A stretch of 64,000 bases of DNA, taken from Phoronis australis. Its lineage: Eukaryota > Animalia > Phoronida. The stretch lies in assembly GCA_002633005.1 (NCBI GenBank), contig NMRA01000347.1, positions 405,311-469,310 on the forward strand, in the 5' to 3' direction. Below, in pieces: positions 41,601-53,100 of the stretch; within the stretch, counting starts at the first letter, position 1, and each line of letters begins with the position of its first letter. Under the pieces are notes generated by a model, which saw only the letters and a list, made by a program, of their open reading frames with translations, was not told the DNA's origin and ran no database searches. Made by a program: the position numbers and the translations under genes.

Positions 41601-44600
41601 TGTTAAGAGTCTTCGAGGCCCGAGTAACCGGCGTAAAATATTGCCGACTGAATGTCTGTACGTCCATTACATGAGTCATTCCAAAGGTAGCATAAAGATC
41701 ATCCTGATGACTCATAATATGTTGACAGATAAGCACCTCTCTCGCCAGTGATTTTGAAGCTTAAAAACTCCCATCCCTCATAGTCCTCATGCTTATTCTA
41801 CAGTTCTGTGGCGGGAGCTTAAATCACGTAAACTTGTAACTTAGGCATTATCGTGACGCGATCCCCCGAGAGTTTTCCAGCGGTGGTGGTGACACTGCGT
41901 CATTGTTGTTGGACTTAAACGAAATTGTCTTTCGTCAATGGTCCGATCAACTGCTCAATAATCATGGTTTAACTTTTGGTCTCCTCAACTAATTAACAGA
42001 GTACAAAAATTCAGTTAGTTTTCATCAACAGACAGTAAATGCCAAAATGTTCCATTGGATCGTCAGTGAATCATAAGTTGCCAAATCGCACAGTCTACGG
42101 TGTAGTTTCGTTCTCATATAAATACGTTAAACTCTATGACGAAGTGAGATATATTTTCAGCTCGACCAGAGTTTACCGATACCCTGGCCATCAAACAAGG
42201 AAGACACCCTATTCTGGATAAGATCAGCCTGGACGCCCCTGTTCCCAACAATACAGTGAGTAAGCGTGCTTGATTGCCGCAGCCGCGCCCCCGCCACCCA
42301 AATAACTGATTTTAAGTTGTAGTTACTTAGAAACGTGTTACGAGACTTCTTTGCCCCGGACATAACTTTCTGGAAATTTTAAATTATTAATAATCAGACT
42401 CTTTGTTTAGAGTGGGTGACCTGTCCAGCAAACTTTGCTGTTCCTTCATAGGGCCCGGATGTTGTTTGTACTCTTGCACTGTACATGTATGACTTAAACC
42501 GTGTTCAAAGCATTGCCGTAATGCAGGACGTTATCAAATAGACTACAAATAACGAGTTGTGTGTTTCAGTACGCCTGTCAAGACAGCAACTTTCTTGTTA
42601 TCACGGGACCTAACATGGTGAGTTTAGTTGTCCGAGTTTTTGAAAGTTCACCATTTTGTCTTTACACGTTAAGGTGTACATGTATGTTTATGATTGTTGG
42701 ACACTTCATGTGCAAAGATGTTGCTGATAATAAACACGCGATGCTTTAACAATAACTGCGGTCGAAATCTTCGAATTCGGTCATGTACTACTACCTTAAG
42801 AGCTTGTTACATAATAACATACACAACTTGCGGGTTTCTCGCTACTCACTGTGACGTCACCGGAAAGGGGGCAAAACCCGCCATATTGCTCTTGTTTTGC
42901 CCCGAGTCTTTGCTACACACGCTAAAACTTACTGGAGTTCGTATGGTGAATTTTACGCTTAAAACGTTAAAACAACTTAAGATATGGTAGATGGGTCGTG
43001 GAATAACTGTGAATAGACGAAGAAAATGTGACCTTGTTATGTTGTGCGAAGCTGTGAACGGACTGAAATTGGAACTTAACCCGCTCTAGGCCTGAATGGC
43101 GCAGGCTTAGAGGGGCGATAGTGTATCCCCATAAAAAGATATTCACTTCAAAATACAGCAAATAAAATCAAATGAAACATGCATATGTGCACATGAAGTT
43201 ATAATTAACACATACCCTGACTCTGGACACAATTTAGTCTACAAATAACTTGAGCATATTCATGAAAACCTCGCGGTTCTCTCGAGTTTCTCTCACTAAA
43301 GAGCCGCCATTTTGAGGAAGTTACACTGTACGTGAAATCACGCCTGTTGACGAACAAAAAGTCCAAGGGACACAAATCTTACAAATTTCACTTGATATTT
43401 CCTCATGCTATTTTGCAAGTGTCACGCGCCAGATCTCGCGCTTCGCTCAGTCTCGCGCTAGCCCTTGCCTCATACTCACCTGACTCAGTTGAAATACTTG
43501 ATTGTGGTAATCGCGCGCGCGGAAAAAGTTAACAGTAACCACAAAGTGGAGTTGCAATTCTTCGCCTAAGTCACCTGAATTCCCGTATATATGCTTCATC
43601 GAAGATATGTTTAGAAGCAGAAAGAGTCACTGAAGAAAGTAAGAGCCTTTTAGGTGCTAATTCTAGGTGTAGAATGTATTTTCGACGAGGTAAAAACTTT
43701 ATCAGTGAGCAGATTTCGCCTACCGGCCGTTTAAAATACACGGGACGAAATTAGTACAGAACGCGATAGAACGTATTGTAGTGCGAATCTGAAGTTCATT
43801 TGCCATAACAGCAATGCTTTTGGAAATTTTTCGAACTAAACGGCTAAAAACTCGAAGACAATAACAGAATACACTCTGCTACCGTATTGGGCAAATGACC
43901 AAACGACAAGCTTTTGCCCCACTTCCCGTGACGTCACAGTTAAGTCTCACATAATCTCGCGTTATTGTTATAAACTCGCAAAAGGCAGTTAAAATGAAGG
44001 TGTTGCCCCCTCGTTTGTGTACGTCAGCTACATGTAAGTGATACGTCGAAGACCTACCTTCTTGTAGTTTCCACTAATCTAAATTCTTTTATGAAACTCC
44101 CCAATCGAATATTTTCTAAACTAATCTGTTTTTACCCTTTGAAAGATGTTTTTTTTCGACATTCGGGAATATCTTTCACTAACTAGATATGCTATGAAGT
44201 TTCTTTCGGGAATTTTGAGCTAAAGTGAAGCAGAAAGAAAATCTGTAACAAAGTTGGGAAATATAGTTATACACTGTACATCGTTTTTGGTAAACTCTTC
44301 CGTGTGAGCATTCTAACCTTTCGTCCACTCAAAATGGGTACCAGTGAGTAATAGGTTAAACTTGTGACAACAGTCGCCATACTACATGTAGTTGATTTGC
44401 TTTTTCCGCACTGTAGAGTGGAAAGTCAACTTACCTCCGGCAGATAGCGCTACTCCAGATTATGGCTCAGATCGGTTGCTTCGTGCCGGCAGAGTTCGCC
44501 TCCTTTCGGTTAACTGATCAGATCTTTTCGAGGATAGGCAGCGATGACGACATAGAGACCAACTCATCCACTTTCATGCTCGAGGTATTAGACTGTACGC

Positions 44601-47600
44601 CTACTTTTAACGTGTTTGTGTATTTTTGAATTGTTTTTACACGATGACGAAAATCGAGCATGCCCTTGGACAAGAGTTGGAGATCAAAGTAAATGTTAAC
44701 TTGTAACAGAACTGAAAATCAATAGACAGAACTAACAACTGCTCTAAATTTAAAATGAGCAAATTAATGTAAAGCATTTCAATAGTCAATTAAATTGTCC
44801 TGCATCCTTATTTTTGGTTTATCGTGAAGGGCATTGTCGATATTGCCGGTCTGCTAATTAATTATATCTAAAGAGCCCACTTTACACCTCCCATCCTCCA
44901 TTCCTCACGTTACCAAGTACAGCACCATTTTGCTTAGTGTAGGTGACAAAAAGATGAATGAAACGTCCAGTTGCAATAAATGGTGCTTTTCGTTGGAAGT
45001 TTATTATTTAACATGCCTTGACTAAGCAATTAAGCGTAATCGTCAAATATGGCCGGCTCCTCTTGGCAGCATAAGAGAAAACAAGATTAATGCAATCTGC
45101 CGATGTAGCTTAGTAGCACCATTTTTGGTGTCGGTAGATTTACATTAACCTAAACAACTATTATCAATCTAACCGTAGTGTGGTATTTCAGATGAGAGAA
45201 ATCAACTACATTATACAAAGTGCATCAAATACATCTCTGATCATAATTGATGAGCTTGGTAGAGGTGAGACTTTTATCATAAACATAATGTGCTGTAGAA
45301 CACCTCGATTATCTTATTGATCTTGCAATACTCCGATGTATGTTGTAAAAATGCTAACGCAAGTCTCCTTTGTGACTATTGTAGGTACAAGTGCAGACGA
45401 GGGCGTTGGTATTTGCTATTCTATTTGTGAGTTTTTGCTTAATTTGAAGGTAAGGTCTGTTCAATTGTAACATGACAAATTACGTGTACGTCGCCGTACA
45501 TGTACATGTATGGTCGTTTGCAGCTCTAAGATGAGATTCTGCGTTAAATGAAGTTATTTTTACCTTTATTAGTATATAAAGCTTGTTTTTGTCATCTGCG
45601 TTTTAACATACACGGCTTTCAACCAGAAATTTATTCTATAGCCTGGTCTCGGACGCCAGCACGCAATCGGCTTCATGAATCTACATTTGTCCGTTTCCTG
45701 ACGGTATACATTTCCTTAGTTGAAAACTTACTGTTTCATTTTTTTTTGTTTGTACAAATCAGTGACGGACTTAAAGGGGGACAAGGGGTCCATGTGCCCT
45801 ACAATTATCCCAGATTTCATTTGACAGTTCGGGGATGCGAATGTTTGAGGGGCAAAATCCTGGCTAATACTCTGCCCTGCCCCTCCCCCCCACTCAAAAT
45901 CCTGGATCCGCCATTGCAAATCAAATCACAACTTGTTAGGGGCTCAAAAGATCCTTCAAGCACCATGCGATGGAACGCGGAGGCTACAGGGTTCGAGTCA
46001 GTGCTGCGCATATAGTACAAACATAACACTAGTTCAGTGTACACGAAGTTTGTCTTTTTGGATGTAAAGGTACTGTCTTTATTGAGCAGCGTCAGCGTGT
46101 TATGGTATCAAAAGTATAGGTCCAATTTATTGAATCGTCTACACGTGTAGCTCTTGCTATTTTATACACTGTAGTTTAAAATTTGGTAAGAATTGTATGT
46201 TTTTGGTTTTGCAGTGAGCTATTTGAAATTGTTATACTGATCGCGTTTACCAACATCAGTGCTTTGAAATCCACTGGATATGGATTTAGAAGCATGTGCA
46301 TACATCATACGCCATGTATTTAAATTACACAATGTTAGTTGTTTTAGATATCGCAATAAGTGTGTATCTCCATAAACTCGTGTGTCCTCATTTTTGTGTA
46401 TTAAACACGTACATGTAGACGAATGCAGGTTCACTTATTGATTTTAGGCATTTGTCTTTTTCGCCACACATTTTTTGGAATTGACGCAGTTGGATAACCT
46501 GTACCCAAACGTTGAAAAGTAAGTAAAACATATGTTTAATGTTAAAATAAATATTTTGTTGTACAAGAAACGTCAATGCTGTAACGGTATCTTAGTTGTG
46601 CGTGTCAATATCTTTCATACAATGACGAAGCTCGCTTAGGACGCGTCACCTTGTCTTTTTATCAGTCTTTATGGGTGTCGTTGAATGAGAAAAGCTCCTG
46701 TAGGACCTTAGACAATTGTCATCATATCTCAGGAATGTCAGATTACGTTCACAAACTATGTTTGCTACGCATTGTTCTTTAAAACGCTGCTGATTGGATA
46801 TTGTGTTTGAGGGGATGTCAGAAACAGCACTTTATGGTAAAAACCAAAGGTTGCATAAAACGGAAACGAAATGACCATTTAGACATAGCTGTAATAACGT
46901 TGAACATTTATATCAGGCAAAATTTGTTCATGTTATTGAACGTGGGGGTTTGTTGTGAATATATTCGTTTTTGATCTCATTTACAAGAAGGGCCTGGTTT
47001 CTTCACCCAATTAATGGTTACATCCTACACTAGCAACAATCTTTTACTTTCATGAAATAGTTGGATTTTATTGAGATAAAATTAATGGTTTTGAAGATGT
47101 TTGATTGAATGCACAAACTTGCCGATAAGGTTGTACACAACCTCAGTGTACTGAGAGCAAGGCACTGAATTGTATTGAAAGACATGCTATATGGTAGTGA
47201 TCTGTAATACACTGTATCGTTTCAGTTATTACTTCGAAGTCCTCCGAATATTCAGCAAGGAGGCGGGTGTCGACAAGATAAGTTATTCCCACGTGCTTTC
47301 GAAAGGTAAAACAGACGAGAGGCATTACGGTATGTCACGTGCGGTTTGTGTACGACAGAAACTACCTTCCTACATAGATCGCTTGATCGTCACGTGTGCA
47401 TGCATCCCGTGTGAATTTCCTTGAAAAACAAGTCACCATTGCCATACCGCATGATGCCTGAGGCATACACCTGGCGGGTATACGGCAGTGTGTGTATTAA
47501 AGTCTATTCCCATCAAGTGTCCATCGATTTTCATTGGCTGGTTCATGATGCCGCTTCATTGACATCAGCATGTTTGCCATCTTGTTCATCATTTCAGCAC

Positions 47601-49671
47601 CTAAGGCACATTGACTTTATCTGATATTTGTCTTATATTACAACTGACAACATTTAACCTGATGGCGCAGCAGTCAACGGGCAAATAACCTAGGTCTGAC
47701 CTCAACTGACGTAATCAACTTTTTTCAGCCAGTTAAGTCCCATAATTAATTCTGCCAGTTATAAACTACACCCAGTTTGCCGAAGGCGCATTTTTACCTA
47801 TTTTTCGGTAGCTTTATTTCTTCTGTTCACACACGTTAAAACTACATTTCCTCAACATTTTTCCTGTAAGACAACCCACTCATGCTCATAAAATCAGTTT
47901 CTTCAAATTCCTCGGCACGCGACAGGACTCAGTTTCTATTACAAACAAGAACATGGAAAACATCTACGACTCAGCGCTTATTTAGAGCTGGTTGGCCACC
48001 CTTAGGTTGAGCATTTCTTGTTACTTTAGTACCCTTTGACACAGCGACATCTGTCGTGAAAAGTACCACTGTTCAAGAGTGTGGTTACTTTAGTTGCTGG
48101 CATAGTCGGCACCGATACGTGACAACGGGTTATGGCGATTGTAACGAGTTAAGATAGAGCGTATTTTGGCGAAAGCTTTCTTGTTATTATGCTTATTCAC
48201 AAATTTTAGTTATTCTAGAATAATGTGACGAGTAATTTACGAGGGTACATACATGTATGTCTTACTGGAAATTTCCCTCGTCCGTATGATATTTGGTTAA
48301 TTTTCTCCGCTGTGTATAGCTGTCAATATTGAGCTCTTAATCGTGGCGGTGTAACACCACGTGGTTCATCTTGAATGGTGTCGAACAAGCCGGCACCGCT
48401 AGTCACGGGCAGTGCGTACACGGGGCATTTTGAATCCGAAATATCTGTGCATAGTGCCAGCTGTGGGGTTGTAATTACCGTGCTGGAGAGACTACATTTC
48501 AAAGTTGATTTGTTTTTCTGTCCTAGGGTTACAATTAGCGGAGGTATCGGCTCTACCCAAGTCTGTGGTTGAACACGCTAAAGAGGTTGCGCAGAAAATC
48601 GCCAAGCAGAAACAGGTACTGACGCTTGATTTCAAAACGCCATTTATCTTCTATTTATAGCTACCCATGCAATAACAAGTTTTTAGTTAATTTTGCCTTA
48701 AAACACAGGTGAACAGAGATGATCACGTAGTCTTGTTTCTTTAAAACAATATTGAACGTCGTGTTTCGGTGTCCCTTACTAATCCGCTGTTGGTGTCTAA
48801 CTGGTGAGTGTTAAAGCACTGTGTACAGTTGTATTCAGCTGAAGACGCTTTCCCATTATAAGGGGACTGTGTTTTCTGGAAAGTCTTTAGTCTAAGATTG
48901 TCGCGCAATTTGCCTATAACGTTACAGTGTAGATACACTCTTTGCCGGCTTAGCAGACGCTGTAAGGAGTTTTCAAACTTGTTCCAAACTGTTAAAGACT
49001 GGGGACGGTTATACAACACTACTTTACATTAGAGTGGAAGACTTGATGTGAGCTATACACGGGCTTCAGTTTGTATACTTGGTTGCATGAGCTGAGGGCA
49101 AAGTTTACATAGTATGACGTCACTTCGTGAACGGAGTTTTGGACAGAAGACTGTGTAGAAAGGTCGAAATGAGAAAATTGAATCCATAGAGCGCTCAACG
49201 GCAGGTTGCCGACCAAACACTTCATGTTATTCTTGGTTAATGAATAAACCGATAAGTAAATAGCAAAAAATCCTATTTGAACAAAGAGTACCACATTGCC
49301 AAGGACATCTCACGTACAGGAGTAGGATTGCTTATGTTTTACCGCCAGGTGTTCCCCTTGGTAAAGGAATTAAGGCTTGTCCGCTGTGTGAGTACTCTTA
49401 TATACTCAAAAGGCATCTTTCACCACGTATTCGTCAAAAGCTCACATGCAATTATAAGATAAATGCTCTTATAAAATTATGTGGATAATCATTCCTATAG
49501 GTGAGCAACACATCAGTTGTCGAATCTCGTAAGCAGAGAGCCATGTTCAAGCTCGCAAGTCGCCTTGTTCAGACGGCCATGAGTTCTCGACTGAGTCGGG
49601 ACAGTCTGCGGGTTTATTTACAAAGTTTGAAGTCGCAGTATTTCAAGGACATCGCCGTCACGGAAGAGTAA
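32688..49671 (+). CDS. MSH4: MutS homolog 4 (meiotic crossover MutSgamma subunit); multi-exon, start codon upstream and not resolved
   Basis: Exons include 32688-32829 and 33841-33983 (Ser/Thr-rich N-terminus, frame compatible, lower confidence); ~34451-34599 [20 protein letters not shown]; ~36292-36413 [19 protein letters not shown]; ~37475-37619; ~38026-38296; 38581-38700; 39899-40137 LLDVARRTY; 42161-42254 GRHPIL; 42570-42617 plus 44417-44584 (Walker A GPNM|SGKST); 45192-45264 IIIDELGRG; ~46449-46518 FATHF; last exon 49501-49671 ending in TAA. Confidence 0.95.
35721..35758 (-). ncRNA. Minimal type I hammerhead ribozyme motif, U3-A8 core variant (Penelope-like element associated)
   Basis: Minus strand: CAC-TTGAGAA-T-GAAAC aagtat GTTTC-GAAATATC-GTG. 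Stem I is CAC/GTG, stem II is 5 bp, stem III is the palindrome ATAT, and the cleavage triplet is AUC. Confidence 0.6.
35753..35848. repeat. 31-bp tandem repeat x3 (caagtgcagcgtgcggggctgcagtaYataa)
   Basis: Read directly from the sequence. Each unit holds a tgcagc...gctgca hairpin, and the array abuts the hammerhead core. Confidence 0.95.
37284..37442. mobile_element. ~160-bp MITE, CAGTGGCGGAT-type TIR, 5-bp TSD CTGAA
   Basis: Homologous to 45760-45916. CTGAA at 37279-37283 and 37443-37447; the right TIR is imperfect. Confidence 0.7.
39147..39159 (+). other. 13-nt microexon of MSH4 (PKIN/G)
   Basis: tttatag|CCTAAGATAAATG|gtaagt. Needed to bridge the phase-0 end of exon 38581-38700 (CFAVK) to the phase-1 start of exon 39899 (GLLDVARR). 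Confidence 0.85.
40417..40429 (+). other. 13-nt microexon of MSH4 (IKLN/D)
   Basis: tttcag|ATAAAGCTGAATG|gtatgt. Bridges STDL (phase 0, ends 40137) to exon 40729 ([11 protein letters not shown], phase 1). Confidence 0.85.
42850..43939. mobile_element. ~1.1-kb non-autonomous DNA transposon remnant with imperfect inverted ends, in an MSH4 intron
   Basis: ctgtgacgtcaccggaaaggggcaaaa (from 42850) vs ttttgccccacttcccgtgacgtcacag (ending 43939). No transposase ORF; the true termini may lie slightly further out. Confidence 0.6.
45760..45916. mobile_element. ~157-bp MITE, TIR CAGTGACGGA...TCCGCCATTG, 5-bp TSD CAAAT
   Basis: CAAAT at 45755-45759 and 45917-45921. Shares the internal tgcgaatgt...gggcaaaatcctg with the 37284 copy. 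Confidence 0.75.
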
Positions 49672-49833
49672 ACTGGTCAGAGTACCTTGTCAAACAACGG
49701 AAGTGACGTCACTCAGCTGCCGGATGGAACGTGCTGATATTTCTGTCTAGCTTGGAAATAATTGCCACTGATGTTAAACATTTTTTACTATTGTACAGGA
49801 CATGTTCTCAGAACGCAATTACTTAACATAAAC

Positions 49834-49850
49834 AATAAAGATGCAATAAA
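49834..49850 (+). terminator. Tandem AATAAA polyadenylation signals of MSH4
   Basis: AATAAA at 49834-49839 and 49845-49850, about 165 nt after the stop codon. Confidence 0.6.
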
Positions 49851-50177
49851 TATATGTTTAATAACGATACAATTTGAACAACTTCAATGTTAAATGTTGA
49901 CGTGCAATTAAAATCAAAATGGCGGCAAAAATAACATTGCTGTATTTTAGTTGTCATACCTCGACGTTCCTAATGCACGCACGTGGATGAAAACGAAGTC
50001 ATTGGCTTTAGTATTCTGGCGTTATCGGCACTTTTCAGTCGATGAACTTGTCAATTATTTACATGAAATAATAATACGGTAGCAGTTATGAAAATACCAG
50101 AAGACCCGATGACAACCACATGGTTATAAATTTGATGCGAGACTCAGATCAGTAACGTACATGTACATTTGAACCCG

Positions 50178-53100
50178 CTAGACGACTTGGTCACATATAC
50201 TAGACGACTCTTTTAACGAAAGAATAACTTTGGGTGGTGAGATTCCGTTCCATAAACCCTGAAAATAAAAACTCAGTATTAAAACGTGTATTCTAAAACT
50301 GTGCTTTATTATTCTCTCGTAAATCTTTCAGATTTTCATGAGAATGCTAATAACCTACCATACATGTGCATGTAACTGTGGGGAGAATTTCGTGACTGCT
50401 TCTGTAAGTAAAAGTGTCTGCGTTCTCACTTTTTCCATAAGCCAAGGAAAGAAAACACAAACTCTGACGCTTCTTTGACCTATTTGAATCCAGCAAATAC
50501 CAGTCGATGTAGCAAGCTAATTCATTGATTCAGTGTATGTAAACAAGTCTAACAAAATTCAAACTTACAGGAAACCGCTGACCATTTGTTCTGTTACACT
50601 GAACGGACAGTGGGCCTACGTCATATAATTCTTGCAAAGTTTGAACGTTCTCGTTTTTCCAATCCACCGCTGAGTAGTTGTCCCTATAAGACTTTTTCCT
50701 TGATGTCTTCATATTATCGCTCCTGTGAGAAAGATGGAAGATTTTGTGAGATATAAGGGAATTACGACACGCATAATGTGGCACCTACAATACTGACAAC
50801 GACACAGTAGTTGGATGCCGTCTGTGCGTGCATAGTTTTGAGAAAATATGCGCCAAGGGAACTGTAGAAGTAAGCCGGGAGTGCAGAAATTTTAGTGCGC
50901 CGTTGTTGGCGTGCGTCATTGGTTTCACAATACGGAACTGAAAGAAGAAGTTATGGCGCTGTTTGCAGAACACTAGCACAAGGTGCATGGGAAGCATAGA
51001 ACTTAGTAGTGTGGGTCCTGCTGCCGTTATTTTGAAATTATCGCCATTATTATTGTTATTAGATTTAGACTTATTATTACTGTTACTGTTGTTGTTATTA
51101 TTTATCTTAAAACTGCTATTGGTCTTATTTGCATCTTGAAATGCTCGAGATAAAGTTTTAGTACCGATGGCTTGAGCACAGAACGTATACGCCTCCAAGT
51201 ACTTTAAACCCATTGCACAGAAGTGACATGACTTACAATTTCAAATAGTCAAAGTACAGCTGCAACGTGTGGGTGTCTATAGCGCTCTTGCAGACCTGAA
51301 GGTCTACACGAGGGTAGTAATGGATGTAGTTGACGCACATTTCGTCGGAAATTGCAAATCCTCCCTGGAACGGCACGAACAGAAATATTAAATCCATTGT
51401 TATTCTCCATGAGTTTTTTTCATTATAGACAAGTGTAGCGCTGTTGTCGACGTTTAGACTATGTGTAGTGTGCGTCGCTAACACTGTTATTGGGCATATT
51501 TCATTTATAAGACCTTCAAAATTTACTCGACCTTCAAGAGCTGCAGGTACCACTGGTCCCTCAGAGAGAAGCACGGAAATCGACTTACCATTGTGACATT
51601 TGTTCTGTCAGCTGTTCTATATTTACATATTGTAGTCAACGAGTCCCCCTGTAAAGAGAACCATTGCTGTAGATAGCCAGCTATGGGATTTCATGAACTG
51701 AACGAAGCTAGAACTCATGAGACTGAAGGAGAAGACGAAAGAGACAATGCACCAGTGAATTAGTGAACATGGAACAACAAAGGCGTTCCTGCTAATGATG
51801 CTTGTAGACAAGTAGATCTCTTTAACCCCCATAACCCCACAAGGTTCGCTTATCTCAATGAAATCACTTCACAATTATCTACACTGTAGGCTGCACCATT
51901 CTTTCTTTTGCTTCTCACTTCCTCAGTGCCGGGTCACGGTTTCATGGGGCACCTAAGCTATAAATGCACGGGTGACCTAAATTGACATTTGAGTTGTCCC
52001 CTGTCGTCAATGCTTTTCCAACCATTCCCCTAATAATTGGCGCAATGTTTCCTGAGCTTCTAGCCCCCAAGTGGCTACCAATTCACCCACACCTCTCTCC
52101 CTTGTGGAAACAATCCGTGACTACGAGGGTTGGGTCCTACTTTGTACAAGGCCTCTCACCTTAAGTTTATTTAACTTAATGGAAAATCCTGCACTGAAGC
52201 GCTCAGTGCTAGAACCTCAGGTGCTTGGCATCGTTAGTGTTCACCATGACGTAGGCCTCAAAATTAACATACATGTACTTATCGTCAGGTCAACGAATGT
52301 TCCTAATCTATGTACACTATGGCGACTACCGTGACAATAATTCTTAGCCAATGATATTTACCGGTAACACGTGGACTGGTTTCGGAAGCATTCTGATTTC
52401 TTGGAAATGAGGGCTGTAGTGGTCATCGTGGTTGAGGTCGTCCAGCTGAATCCCTCCCCTGCTGTGGGTGGTGTGAATTGAGCGGCCGGTCAGGTGAGCG
52501 TGCAGTTGGGAAGCAAATACTTTAATACCGCCTTGAGGTAAACCCTGCAAAATAGGCATGACAATGACATTTTATTTTTTCATTCTAAGAAACAATCTTT
52601 TTCCTGTAATATATTGCAGATTTCTGATTTCATACGCTTGGCACAGCCATGCGATTCACTAAGGTTTGCTATTCAGCGATAAACGTTTCCCAAAAGCTTG
52701 TTTGTCGAAACATATAATACGACTAAGGCCCAAACAGATGCGTTCAATTGGATTCTTTTTTTATCAAAAAAAAAAAATATTTTGTGTACAATTTTCAAAC
52801 CAATCACGGCATCACTTGTCGACATCTTTATTAAATCCGAAAAAGCGTCACCATTTCTTCTACAGTGAGCTCCCATTTACCTCAGCTGTGCATTGTGGTA
52901 CACAATAACCGCTGACGTAGAACTCGTCCAATCCAGGAGGGATGGCCATTGTGTCGATGTACTGTAGTCCAAGCTCCATGCACCCAGCATCGTACTGCCG
53001 TAACTGTGACGTGTACGTGAATTTCATGCCTGAGCTGTCGACTATATCTGGGGGTGACAAAATGTAGTGGTACAGTGCTTCCACTCGTTAAGAGTGATCT

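Noticed and set aside
45548-46044. Overlapping ORFs of 155, 63 and 75 aa
   Set aside because: They run through a GC-rich MITE inside an MSH4 intron and show no protein features.
47176-47200. tgaaagacatg...ggtagtga, resembling mature miR-71
   Set aside because: It has an internal insertion relative to the mature sequence, I see no convincing precursor hairpin, and there is no miR-2 cluster nearby.
49669-49737. 21 open codons after the MSH4 TAA (possible readthrough)
   Set aside because: TAA-A is a poor readthrough context, and an open run of this length is common by chance.
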